A stretch of DNA of 62,941 nucleotides from Pocillopora damicornis (taxonomy: Eukaryota), in NCBI RefSeq assembly GCF_003704095.1, contig NW_020845340.1:186001-248941 (forward strand), written 5' to 3'. The position numbers and the translations under genes are program-made. The stretch's first letter is position 1. Each line of letters begins with the position of its first letter. The notes under the pieces were generated by a model, which made no database searches, was not told the origin of the DNA, and saw nothing but the letters and a program-made list of their open reading frames with translations. Of this stretch, positions 36,760 through 49,050 are shown piece after piece.

Positions 36760-37662
36760 CTATAATGCCGTTGACGTTCTCATTCTACTTGATGGATTTA
36801 ACGTGTCAAATCCTTCATTAAAGCGTTCTCTGCAGAAAAGCCTCTGTACTTCTCTCTTCATATCCCTCTTTAAAAGCGCATATACCAAAGGATTCCCTGC
36901 GGAGTTCAGAGTGAGTAGGCAAACGATGGTCTGGCCAACTGCAACGGAAGATTGACACGAGGAAAAAGTCACACAAAGAGTAACGGCGCTTACAACTACG
37001 TAGCATCCCAAGAAAAACACAACGATAGCGATGATGAAGAGAGCTGTGTTGCGCAGTCTTCCTCTTCGTAAGGCTTCTGCTTCCGTGGTGGGCCTTCCGT
37101 TTAGCTCCAATTCAGACATCTGGCTTGCCTGTGTCCGAGCCACAATGAGAATACGAACAACGGCATACAAAAGCAGCGCGCAGGAAACTATGTCAAAGAT
37201 GGAGATGTTTAGTATTCGCAAGATCTTCAGGGCAGTGGGGGACTGCGTTGCGTATAATCCCACCAAAAGAGACAAGGCACTCGCAAAGGAAATCAGCCAT
37301 GCGGTCATGATGACCATCCCTGGACGTCTCTCGGTCATGGACGTGTGGTACTTGAATGGATGAACGATTGCGACGTAACGATTCCAAGTCAATGCGCAAA
37401 GATTTGTGGCCGACGAATGAAGGAAAAACCAGAAAAGCGCCACGTATACTTTAAGGTTACACTCTATTGAGCTTAAACAAAAATATGACAAAGGATAAAC
37501 GATGATTCCAACACCAAAGTCGGCCACTGCCAAAGACAGAACAAACCAGTTTGCAGTGGAATGAAGTCGACGAGTTTGGGCCACAATACCAACCACAAAG
37601 CCATTTCCTGCCACTGTAGTGATAGAAAGAACCCATCCAAGAATGTTGAACCACGTCTCCAT
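36760..37662 (-). CDS. Class A orphan GPCR, array paralog 3 (300 aa)
   Basis: 7TM pattern with LHSTANWFVLSLAVAD, WNRY and NPLVY. Confidence 0.93.
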   Translation of the reverse strand: METWFNILGWVLSITTVAGNGFVVGIVAQTRRLHSTANWFVLSLAVADFGVGIIVYPLSYFCLSSIECNLKVYVALFWFFLHSSATNLCALTWNRYVAIVHPFKYHTSMTERRPGMVIMTAWLISFASALSLLVGLYATQSPTALKILRILNISIFDIVSCALLLYAVVRILIVARTQASQMSELELNGRPTTEAEALRRGRLRNTALFIIAIVVFFLGCYVVVSAVTLCVTFSSCQSSVAVGQTIVCLLTLNSAGNPLVYALLKRDMKREVQRLFCRERFNEGFDTLNPSSRMRTSTAL

Positions 37663-38118
37663 TTAAATCGAACCTCTCTTGACGCACTGCCACAACTGTT
37701 CTCGCTTAAATTGGTTTAAAGCGTAAAATAGGTCGCTGTCATATGCCAAGCGAAATGAATAAATACAATCCCATAAATTTACAATTACACGGCAATTTAA
37801 TTTCTTTTCCAGCTGTCACTTAACAGGGAATTGTTCTTCAGATGCTTGTGCCTATCTGTGTTTGCAGAATTTAAACAATGTTTTGAATTGCTCACGTCGT
37901 GTGTTTTCCTCCACTTAAGAGTTATAAGTGGAATATAAATGAATATGCAAGCTTATTGAGGAATTGAAAAGTAAATTCCGCCAAGACTGCTCTAAGACTC
38001 TTTGCTGGTGTAGATTCCATCAAACTGCTCCGAAACAAATGTCAGCTGGTTGAGGTTAACTGAGAACAATCGTTTTTCTTGTTCACAAATTGGACTCGTG
38101 TAGGAAAATTTGCACCGC

Positions 38119-38331
38119 AAAAATTCAAAATTTCTTATCTAAGATAAAATTTCAATGCATAAATCGAAGCTCATTTATCATCACCACCTACTCTTTTGAA
38201 GTTGTCAAAGTGTCTCCTAGCGCACAAAAATTCAAAATTTTTATCTAAGATAAAATTTCAATTTATAAACCGAAGCTCATTTATCATCGCCACCTACTCT
38301 TTCGAAGTTGTCAAAGTGACTCCTTGCGCGC
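38119..38331. repeat. Two-copy tandem duplication (~107-bp unit)
   Basis: AAAAATTCAAAATTT.TTATCTAAGATAAAATTTCAAT...GAAGTTGTCAAAGTG.CTCCT.GCGC occurs twice. Confidence 0.85.
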
Positions 38332-41300
38332 ATTAATCTATTGTGCGGTATGAATGTGTTTATCAAGAGTTTCCGAAATTCTTAATCAATAATCCGGACG
38401 AAGTATATACTTTTTCCCAAGATGACAATAGAAAGTATAGAAAGACACTCTTTGCATATAACTTAGGGCATCACAGCTGCAATTGGAAAGTATGGATGAG
38501 TTACGAGCATGAACCATATTTATGGTTCATGCACGTTATTTTTCTCTAAAAAAATGTTATTTGAAAAGTAGTTTGAAAAAAATTGAATCTATCTTTTTGG
38601 AAAAAGTTAGAAATATTAACCTTTATTTTCCGTCGCTAATTCGGCTTCTACTCTCACACTTTGCTGTCCAGTTCATTAAAACCCCAATTTCAATGCAACG
38701 AGGCTTTTAGTGCACAATCCACCTGTGTTGGTTTCAAAGAAACCGAAACTCCCTGTGTCAGATATTGTTTTGACATTGTTCAGGTATAAGGTCCCCATGA
38801 GAGTACTTCCTGATTAATTGAACTTTAATGGTCAAACACGAGACTTTGGCTTTCCCTTAGGTCGGATTATGACCTTTGCACATAGATTTTATTCTAAAAT
38901 ATTTGCTGACGGTTAAGAATTAGAATGCAATCTAAAGAAAGAAGTAAGAAACTTCAGGTGATACTGTTATCGATGGCGCTTCTTTCATACCTTTGTTTGA
39001 ATTAAGACAAATTAAAACCGAAAAAAAAAAAGCACAGGGTGCGATAAATATTTTTAATCTGTAGGTGTTGTCATGATAATTGCTTCGTTTGTTTCTGTGC
39101 TGACAATGAAGCACTTTTAATTAACTTTCCGTCAGAAAGCTTTCATGATGCTGTTAGATTGAGATAAGAGAAGAAAAGCTTAACTATCATTATTTTTTCG
39201 GTAAAATCTTGGTTTTGAAGGTTTTCGCGACTCATACTCTCTGTAATCCTGCTGAGGAGGACAAAGCATTTGTTATCTCATTCACATGATTTTTTTTTTT
39301 TGTAGGAAAAGACTTTTCCGGTAAACGGATGGGTAAATATTTGTTAGATTTACTTAAAATTTCAGGAGGTCGGCTTTATTTACCCCTTCGAACCTCATTT
39401 TTTCTTACGCACTCGGACAAGGTTTTCAAATTTTTCGTAAACAGCTGAACTGAGCTGAAACGCCGACCGCAAAAGAATCATAACTACTTCTATTTTGCAT
39501 TTGCCGTTACAGTAAACATGTTTCTAAAGTTTTCCATAAATATTTCAGTTAAGATAAAAGAATATAGATTGATTTCATAGTAAAAGGGACAAATTCAGCG
39601 GTTGATTGCTGTCCTGGTGAATTCCCCTTTCTAAGAAATGTCTCGAGCAACTTTTTGGAAAACTCTTCAACAGAAATCTATCTTAAAAATCTATCGGAAA
39701 GACAAAAGTCTTCAACTTTTCAAAATATTCTGCTCTTAGCTTATGTTCTGCTATAATTATCGGACCATATAAGTAAGGGTCAAAACGTCACGATTCTGTC
39801 CGATTAAGCCGCATTTCGTTGGCATTCATTTCAGTCAGAGGCTCTGGAAATTCTATCATGTCACTCGACTCCAGCCTTCAATAGTAAAGACATAGTCTCA
39901 GAGTTTCATAGTTCTGAAACAATCAAGCCCGAGAATCTGACAAGTACTTTCAAAAAGCACTTTTAATGAACTGAAAGAGTGCCAAGAGAATCTCTCATTT
40001 TATGTTCTTTTGAAAAATACAAATTGCATTTTTTCTGAAATCTCTTCTCCTGGGTAGACATTAAAAAAATAGTTCCGGAAGTTTTCCCTTTACTTTGGCA
40101 AACAACCCAATTGTAGAAAATACGTAAGCTATTTTTTTGTTTTTTTTGTTTTTTTTTGTTTTGATGGTCATATATATGGACCAGACAGCTTAAAACGCTA
40201 GAAATGTCTATAAAATATGGTTTTGTCTGGTGCTTGGCAAATTTTTATGTTGCGATTTAGATTCAAACACTTAGGGGAAGCTTATTGCTAAATTTTTGTT
40301 TTTACTTTGCCTTTCTATAATTTTCTTTTCACGTCTTTCTTTTTGCCGTCCAGCGGTCTCTCCTCTTATAACCTTTAAACTCTGTGCTCTTTGTTACTAA
40401 TACTCAGCAGATATGAAGAGGGAAAACTGGGCATTTTATTTATAAACTTGGCGCTTAAACAGAGATTGGGCTTCCAGTCATCACGAATCCGCGAACAAAT
40501 TCAAAGACCATTTCCTAATTATCTGGTCAGCCTCCTCCCCAAAGAGAGTATTCGTGAGCAATCTTTCGCTTAAAAATGAGTTCAGTCAATTTCGACTGAG
40601 CCGTAACACCAAAATTCATGGCAACTTTCTTAATATTTACATTAGTCCAGCCGCGAGTTAGGAATCTTCATGCAGTATTCATGAACAAGTTCTGTGATAT
40701 ATGTTTAACAAAGAGAATGCTAACGTTTTCCTGAGACAGAAGTCCGACTCTGAACATAAAAATTAATGACAGCCAGTCTGACTAGTGAAAGGCAATTGTT
40801 TCTATACGGGAACTTTTAAGAATAAAAAAGGCAAACCAAGTTGTGAATATCAATAAAAAGCTTCCAAATACAGCCTCTTGAGTGCTATTATTGTTACTGC
40901 TGATACTGATTCCACAGTTTCATACAACAAAAGCGAAATCTAAATTTCGTAAAGACACAGGAAAAGGAAGAAAACATTCTTTTAAAGCCAGCCAGTATGA
41001 CCACTTCCTCTCCCACGCATGTCAAATGTTTTTTTGCGTGTGTACATTAAAACTCTGTTTGACAATTAAATTTTTTTTTTTATCGTAATCTTTTAGGATG
41101 ACCTATTTCAGTTTTAGATTATTTGTCTGATTTTCCTTTTTCGGCCTATGGCAGTCATTCAGAATGCTTAAAATTTTGGGGTTTTAGAACAAACGAGCAA
41201 CGTACGTATGTAAGTTATCATTTAAGGAGTCTGAGAGACCGCATTCTTTTTTTTAAAGTGGTTGTTTCGTTGTTCACAAAAGTATGTAAATTGCCATTAC

Positions 41301-41677
41301 AAAATGAAGCAGGTGGCCTCCAATAAACCAAATATGGAATTTACAGCACATTATGTAGTATTAATTCTGTTTTGTCAGTGAAATCTGCCGTGGGAAACAT
41401 CGATTTAAATAAAGTTCGCGCGTGAAACAAAAATTTCAGTTTATCAGTTGTTTCCGTTTTTAACTACGTCCCATCGAGAGTTATCTAATTGTAATAATAA
41501 ACCACACTGGCGTGAATTCAACTCATCATATGATACCTATTTTAAGTGATTTCACACAAGTCTTCAATAGAAGCATATTATTGAAAATAACACCGCTCGT
41601 CTCAAAAAAAAAATTGAAAAATGTAAATGGATACTTGAAAACGATGGACGCACAGAATCTTACCACGGGGGAACTTC

Positions 41678-42550
41678 TTACACACGACTTTCCCCTTGGT
41701 CCTTATTCCAGTTACAAAAAAGCTTTTTCATGTGCGTTTTAATGTCATTCTTACAAAACGCATAAACAACAGGATTCGCAGCGGAATTCAAAACAAGAAG
41801 AACATTAAGAATCTGACCAGCTTTGCCCGGAACTTTGCAAGAAAATGTGAAGCATAAAATTAAGTAATTTACAAGTGCATAACATCCTAGGAAGAACACG
41901 ACTATGGCCACTACGAAGCCAGCTGCGTTGGATCTTTTGCGTTTACGAACTGTTCCTGTAACTTCACTAGATTGGTTAGACTGAAGTTGTAGTTGAATCG
42001 CGTTAGATATTTTGGCTTGGGCGCGAGCTACAACTAAGATACGAACCACAGCATAAAGAAGCAGCATGCAGGATATCATGTCAAAGACAGAGACGCCTGT
42101 TAGACGTAGAATTTTCCATGCAGTTGTGGAGTCTGTTGCGTACATCCCCACCAATAGTGATAGTGAAATCGCAAAGGGAATCAACCAAGCTGCTGTGATG
42201 ACCAATCCAGGGTGTCTTTTGGTTATGAAGTTAGTATACCTAAAAGGGTGAACTATGGCGATATAGCGATCCCAAGTCAATGTACAGAGATTGGTAACTG
42301 ACGAGTGAAGAAAGAACCAAAACATTGGCGTGGTCACGAAGGAGTCGCACTTTATTTTCTCGATACAAAGATATTGTAACGGAAAGACGGCAAATCCGAT
42401 CGTTAAGTCGGCCACTGCCAAGGAAAGGACGAACCAATTTGCCGAGGAATGAAGTTGACGATTCTTGGAGACAAGGCCGACTACAAATCCGTTTCCCACA
42501 ATAGTTACGACGGAAAGTAACCAGCCAAGAATATTGAGCCAAAAAACCAT
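41678..42550 (-). CDS. Class A orphan GPCR, array paralog 4 (290 aa)
   Basis: 7TM pattern with LHSSANWFVLSLAVAD, WDRY and NPVVY. Confidence 0.93.
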   Translation of the reverse strand: MVFWLNILGWLLSVVTIVGNGFVVGLVSKNRQLHSSANWFVLSLAVADLTIGFAVFPLQYLCIEKIKCDSFVTTPMFWFFLHSSVTNLCTLTWDRYIAIVHPFRYTNFITKRHPGLVITAAWLIPFAISLSLLVGMYATDSTTAWKILRLTGVSVFDMISCMLLLYAVVRILVVARAQAKISNAIQLQLQSNQSSEVTGTVRKRKRSNAAGFVVAIVVFFLGCYALVNYLILCFTFSCKVPGKAGQILNVLLVLNSAANPVVYAFCKNDIKTHMKKLFCNWNKDQGESRV

Positions 42551-43127
42551 TTCGATAGTTTCGCAAATAGCTGAGATTTTTGAAGCCGATCCTCAGAGCT
42601 TGTATAAATATGATAATGAGTTTGATATACCAACCAATCGTCAGCTGCGGGTTTATTGAACGCAACCACAGTTATCAGAATGTCCTCCGAGGTCTCGTCT
42701 AGAAAACTGGCATTTTAATGCTGTTGCATTGTTATCTCTTAATTTGCATCCTGATTTCTTTTTCAGCCTCTCAACAATTTGAATGTAAAGGTTATCTTAA
42801 GAAGACATGAGCCGATAAATAATTCAGTGCTCTTTCTATATCAAAACTATCAGTAACGTGGAGTTATTGGTAACATGGACACTGTGTCGTTTCATTTGGG
42901 GTTTAGAAAATTACAGGGTCAACAGTTTCACATGATGATCACCAACTATTAGTTATCAGTCACGCGATTCGGTGTTTATCGGCCGAGAGACTTCTCTGTA
43001 CGGCAACAAAAAAAATATAGACGATGTTACATTGTAAAATTAACACTAGGAGTAGGTTAACACCTCCTGGAGCTTCTCATTTTCTTTCAGCACTCTCCAT
43101 AAATGGAGTTGTTTCTCATGTAGAGAG

Positions 43128-43399
43128 TAAAAAAAAAGCAATTATCTTTACTTTTAATCCTTGGCAATTGTCACAGATCGACTTACACTTCCTAGGGTAC
43201 ACGAAGCCCGTAAACGTTATTTCATCATGCCAGCTGATGGCGTGATTGTCATGTGACAGTTCAATTTATCTCATGCGATATAGGGAACATTGCATGAAAA
43301 GGCGAAAAAGCAAATGCGTTTAAAATACATCGAGCAACGCTTTTTTTTAACAAAATCGTTTACCAATGTACGAAGCAGCTGCTGATAAAAGAGCAAATC
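43128..43399 (+). repeat. ~270-bp segment duplicated in inverted orientation at 60426-60697
   Basis: Near-identical reverse complement, e.g. CACTTCCTAGGGTACACGAAGCCCGTAAACGTTATTTCATCATGCC. Confidence 0.9.
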
Positions 43400-44825
43400 A
43401 TTTCGAAAAAACCGGAAAATAATCATTTTCAGTGAGAGCTTATGTATTATATACCACGTTGATCCTTTGAAGTTCTAGGCCAAGTTGTTGCAAGGTATCG
43501 TGCCGTTTTCATCTACCCCCTGGCATTTGAACAGATGCCCTATTCCGGTACTTAAAAAGCTGGCTTTGAATTAATGTTAATACGCCTAGGAGGCCGCTTT
43601 TTTTTTAATTAAGGGCAAGTCTTCGTTTACAGGACACAGCGTCATTCACCTGTGATTCGTATGTCCGAGAACTCAATATTTTTATCTGCTTTGACACTTG
43701 AAATATTAACTGTGAGGTTGAGAAATGTTTAATGTTACAACATCAGAATACATGATTAATAAAGCGTCACTTCAAGATAACGAACTCCGACAACTTTTCT
43801 TTTTTTGACACTTGAATCCTTCTAGTAATCAATCGAAATGAGACTGTGAAGTGTATGGATGGCAAGCGCGTAAGGAGTAAGAGCATTTTTCAGTAGTGTG
43901 TGTTTTTTATTCACAAACCTTCAAGATGCTAAAAAAAAAACTTGGACAACTCAAGAATTTTTGAGTCATAGCGAAACTCAGTTATCGCACGCGCTTCGAG
44001 TAAAGCAATAGAAACATTGTTACTCGCAGTAAATACAGTCAGTAATCTGAAATAAAATGAAAATAAATCAGTGAAACTTGAACCAAAACGGTATAATCTG
44101 ACTGTCGCATGAGTGACCAGCAAAGGTGTCCTAGATATTTCGAATATTTTCAAGGCTCCTCTAACAGCCTACATATAATCCAGTAGCATTAAGCTTAAGT
44201 TAACCGAACCCATTCTTATAAAGAAGGGGACGAAAGTAGAGCTGCAAGAGGAAGAAGGATTCGCTAATATTGCATTTGCTTTGTTAGGAATGATTTGACT
44301 TTTATCAGTAAGTGGTCGGAAATTTTGAAAGCCTCTGTCTACGACTGGTGTTTTTATGGCCAGAGAAGCTCAGAGAAGTGAAGCGCCATTTTCTACTAGA
44401 AGAGTACTGCGCCTTATCATTTTCTTTCCTTTTTCATAAGTGGCATTTATCCTCACCGGAAAAATAGAGCAATTCCAAGAGCAGAATGAGAAACAATTAT
44501 CATAAACAAGGTCGAAAGACCACACTAACCGAGGAAACTTTCCTAATCAAAATCCGCCCCAATTAATTGCATGTGGCGCCTAAGATTTGCACGTCCAGGG
44601 TTGTCCAACAATTCACAGCATCGGTGTTTATAATTTGGAGAATTTGCTAGATTTCAAGTTTAAATAAGGTTCCCACCACTTTTTAAATCCTCATGGGGAA
44701 TTTTTTGAAAAGCGGTGACGAAGTAAGAGAGTAAGGAGAACATTGAAGGAGATGTAATCATTTCACCTGCTACATTTTGAATTATCAGCCATTGCGCTTG
44801 GTGAAAGAACAGTCACTTTCTGTAT

Positions 44826-45440
44826 GTAGATTACGTTTTTGTACAGCATAGGCGCAAGTCGAAAACAGCATTTAAAGAGTGATATCTTAAGAATAAATTA
44901 TAGAGGTCTCAAACGAAGAAAAAACCGACAAAGGTATACCTTAACTTGAGAAAACTCAAGTTTAAATATTTGAATTCCCTATGTACATATTTGCGAAAAA
45001 GGCGTCATATCAAAATTAAAATTAGAACTGCAGACTAGCAATTCATGATCGATAAAGTCGCCTTTTTGAGGCATTCTGTATTGATGGAAATTTTCTGCTG
45101 CCAAGAAAGTGTAATGAAAAAATAATTAATGAGTAATTGTCTTCTATGTGCCATGATAAAAACAGTAACTTTCATTACGTAGATTATTTTTCTGTGAAAC
45201 ATAGGCGCAAGTTGAAAAAAAACATTTAAGGAGTAATATCTTAGAAATAAATTCTAGAGACTTCAAACGGAGAAAATACCCACAAAGGTATACCTTTACG
45301 TACGTAATTATGAAAAAGGCGTCATATCAAAATTAGATTTAGAACTGCAGACTAGCAATTCATGATATAGTTGCCTTTTTAAGGCGTTCTTTATTAATGG
45401 AAATTTGCTGTTGTTATAAGAATGTGTAAAGAAAAAATGT
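44826..45440. repeat. Diverged two-copy tandem duplication (~350-bp period)
   Basis: GTAGATTA...CATAGGCGCAAGT...CAAAGGTATACCTT...GAAAAAGGCGTCATATCAAAATTA...AGAACTGCAGACTAGCAATTCATGAT occurs twice. Confidence 0.8.
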
Positions 45441-47121
45441 TTATAGTACTTACTAGTTTTTTGAAATTTTTTCCTCCCGTGAGATCCGTTGTGTTTTTTT
45501 CATCTCGTCGATGACAGCAACATTGCAGTTTGATGTGGCTGGCGCTTTTACTCACCCAAAGAGCGGACATTTCCGCTAAATCGGGACATGTTTTATTGAA
45601 TTTGTAGTGAAATGTTTGTCAAAGTATAAGCAAAGTGCTCCAGTTGTCAAGAAAAAAGGAGAGATCTTAATAGAATCGGTACCGTGCCAGCAATATAATA
45701 TTCACAAAACATAGTTAAGTAATAAATGAAGACATGCAGCGTGCATAATTATTTTTTGCCAGTCTTCAATTAATCAAGATTTTACCTTTTTGTGACGGTA
45801 TATGTATATGAAGGTGTGTAGTATATGGTCATTCTCGGGCCCGTTTGGTAGCAATGGGCAATGTTGTGAAAAATAAAGATAACATTTTTTTAATGATAGA
45901 TTTTTTTCTTTAAAGGGTCACTACACTTCTAGTGGGGTTCATACTTCTTTGAGGAAAGCTAACATGCATGTACATTGCTTGAAGCAGAGTTCCCTTCATC
46001 TCTAGTTTGCTAAAGAATTGCTTGGACTTTACAAGTAGCCAAAAAATATTTTCACCTTCCTTAGGCTAATCGAAAAAAAAAACAAAACAAAACAAAAAAC
46101 TGAACGGACTACAACGTGCTTAATCCTTTTTGTCGTGACATGTATGAGCTACTTATACTTACGGAAGTGGTACATCCGTTTACATATCGAGCTGATTGTT
46201 GATCGTAAAAGTCCGGAGTCAATCAAAATTTTTTTCCATGAAAGCTTCTGCATGACAACAAATTTTGTAAGCGAGTGTGTGCATTACTCAGATGTGAGTC
46301 ACGACAGAGAACAGAAGATACTCAACGGGTCTCTATACACAATCTCCAAGGTATATTTTTCCGAGATGGAAATTAATATTTCAATATAAAAATCTCTATC
46401 TTCTATTGAAAATCACTCTGAAAGATAATAAGTTAGACCAAGGTTTTCCGTTTTAGTAGTGCGATTGCATCCAAAGCCATTCTCTTTTGGTGATTTACTG
46501 AAATATTAATATATCATTGAGACTGGATTACGAAGCGAACTACTGCTCGCCTTTTACAGACTGTTTTGAGCGAGAACTAATATGGGAACACTTGATGAAC
46601 TGGCTCAGATCTAGTCTTCTTACGTAACATATGAATTAGAACGAGCCTTAAAGGCGAAGTTCTCGATTTTTTTCCCTTCGCGTTTGATAGATCAGGGTTG
46701 GATCTAAACAATAATTAAAAATGCAAAAAAAAAAAAAAATTGGAGCTGACAATTAAACTCCATTGTACAATTACGTTTGCGAAAAGTATGGGGAGCATTT
46801 AAGCGTCAAGAATCTTATCTGTAGCCATCAGGTTGGAACAGGAATCATTAAAACTTTTCTGGTTATTATCCAATCAGTGGTAATTGAATTTAAAGACACC
46901 TTTTCATGCTTAAAATTATCATCGCAATTTTGAATGGGAAAAGAAAACAAACATTTCGAGCACCAATACTCAAATAATGATCTAAACATTTTCTAGTTAT
47001 TTTTGGAAATGAATTTTTTAAATTGATCTCGCTTTCGCGGATCTAGTTTACACCGATAACTAAGTAATTGTTTTTTATCCTGATATTGAATATCTTTTTT
47101 TTTTAAGATTTAGACGCTTAA

Positions 47122-47658
47122 GGGTGCGTTTCTTTATTAAAATCCAAAACTAGTTCGCCATCTGTATTTGAATAGAGGCACTCAAGAATTCCAGGGATTC
47201 AAAGAAAGATCGACAGTTGTTTCCTTATCTTAGCTGCTGTCTCACACCACTTAGATGTGGCAAGGTTGTCAAGAACAGGAGAGGCATGCTGAGACGTAAG
47301 GAAATGACTACGGAAGTCATTTGCACTGTACCTTGGAGATTTTTATCAAAGTACAGCTTATTTGAAACTGTCTTTTTTGCCTTCGGCTAATGAGGAAAAC
47401 TGAAAAGAGCTCGTCTTCGTTTGGCATGTTAATTGAAATTTCGCTGAGGCAATCTCCGAGAATGAAATCAATCGGAAAACAATAAACTTAGACGGCGGTG
47501 TTCTCGGCGGCCATCTTTTTCGCTGGGATACCGTTCGTATCGTAGCTTGGGTTTAGAAGATAATAAGCTCTCTTGAGACATCATTCCTTTTCTCAGCGAA
47601 AAATCCTAATGATCCGGATTTTTTGTCTGGTCTCGGATTTAAATAAAGAAACGCACCC
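47122..47658. mobile_element. PIF/Harbinger-type non-autonomous element
   Basis: TIRs GGGTGCGTTTCTTTATT.AAATCC / GGATTT.AATAAAGAAACGCACCC with TAA on both sides. Confidence 0.8.
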
Positions 47659-48177
47659 TAATTAGTTTTTCGTTTAGTTGCCTTACGAATAAACTGGTAT
47701 TAGGACCATTTTACGAACCGGAAATACTGGAAGTATAGGAATAAATATCTTTGGCCCAACAACGGTTCAATTCAATCAGAGTTTTTCAAAGGCTGTTTAC
47801 TTGCGATCTATAAACAACTGGAAGCCCAGATACTACGAATAATACCTATTTAACAAGGCTCTTCTATATCGAATTTACAGCATAAATGATATTACGAAAC
47901 GAAAGTCCATGGCAGAAATATGATCTAAATAATCGATAACTCGCTCAGAGAAAGAAACATTATTTTCTGACCACCGGCAGGTGTCAAAGAGGTTTATCTG
48001 CGCCGGGTGTTTCATCGTCGATTTTAAGTTGCAGCGTTTAAAAAATCCCGGTGGACCGGTGGTTCGAATACTTTCAAATGAAGGTTAGTAGGCGAAGAAT
48101 TATTATAACCCTTGAGTTCATTACGTTGACGACAAAGGGGAACTCTCCAATGTAAACCTCAGCAGTTCTCTGTTGAT

Positions 48178-49050
48178 TTAGTTTCCTTTGTTGAAAACTT
48201 CTCTTATTTTTCTTTTGATGTCTTTCTTTAAAAAAGCGTAGACAAGTGGATTCACCGCGGAGTTAAGAACAAAGAGTAAATTGAGGACCTGTCCAGCTTT
48301 CTTTGAGGATTTCTCAGAGAGGTTGCAAGCCCGGAAACTGAGGCACAAGATCAAACAGTTTGCCACAACGTAACATCCCAGGAAAAACAAGATAAGAGCA
48401 ATAATAAAGCGAGCGGTGTTGTGTTTCCTATGTCTACGAATTGCCACATTCTCTCCTTCAGCTATGGAAGAGTGGCCAGACTGAAGCTGTAGTTCGATGG
48501 CAGTTGACCGGTGTGACTGAGCACGAGCCACCTTTAAGATCCGAGCAACAGCATACAAGAGGAGCATGCAGGATATCAAGTCGAAGGCAGAGACACCCGT
48601 CAATCGTAGAACTTTCCGTGCAGTCTCGGAAGTTGTAATGTACATTCCGACAAAAAGTGCGAGCGAAATTATAAATGGAGTTAACCATGCTATCATGATA
48701 ACTTTATCGGGTCGTCTATTGGTTATAGATGCAATGTATTTGAAAGGGTAAACAATGGCGACATAGCGATCCCGGGTCAATGCGCAAAGATTTGTGACCG
48801 AAGCGTGAATAGCAAACCAAAAAAGTGCCATTTCTATCTCTTGGTTGCACGCCATTAGTTTGTTACAAATATACCCCGATGGAAAGACGATCAGTGCAAC
48901 CACAAAATCTGCCACTGCCAGAGAAAGAACAAACCAGTTGGCAGAGGAATGAAGTCGACGATTTTTTGCGATAAGAACGACTACAAAGCAGTTTCCTGTC
49001 GCTGTGGCGGCTGAAAGAGACCATCCAATGGAACCGAGAAAAGCCTCCAT
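48178..49050 (-). CDS. Class A orphan GPCR, array paralog 5 (290 aa)
   Basis: 7TM pattern with LHSSANWFVLSLAVAD, RDRY and NPLVY. Confidence 0.93.
   Translation of the reverse strand: MEAFLGSIGWSLSAATATGNCFVVVLIAKNRRLHSSANWFVLSLAVADFVVALIVFPSGYICNKLMACNQEIEMALFWFAIHASVTNLCALTRDRYVAIVYPFKYIASITNRRPDKVIMIAWLTPFIISLALFVGMYITTSETARKVLRLTGVSAFDLISCMLLLYAVARILKVARAQSHRSTAIELQLQSGHSSIAEGENVAIRRHRKHNTARFIIALILFFLGCYVVANCLILCLSFRACNLSEKSSKKAGQVLNLLFVLNSAVNPLVYAFLKKDIKRKIREVFNKGN

Noticed and set aside
38119-38331. CRISPR-like or functional array in the tandem duplications
   Set aside because: Eukaryotic context, only two units and no spacers.
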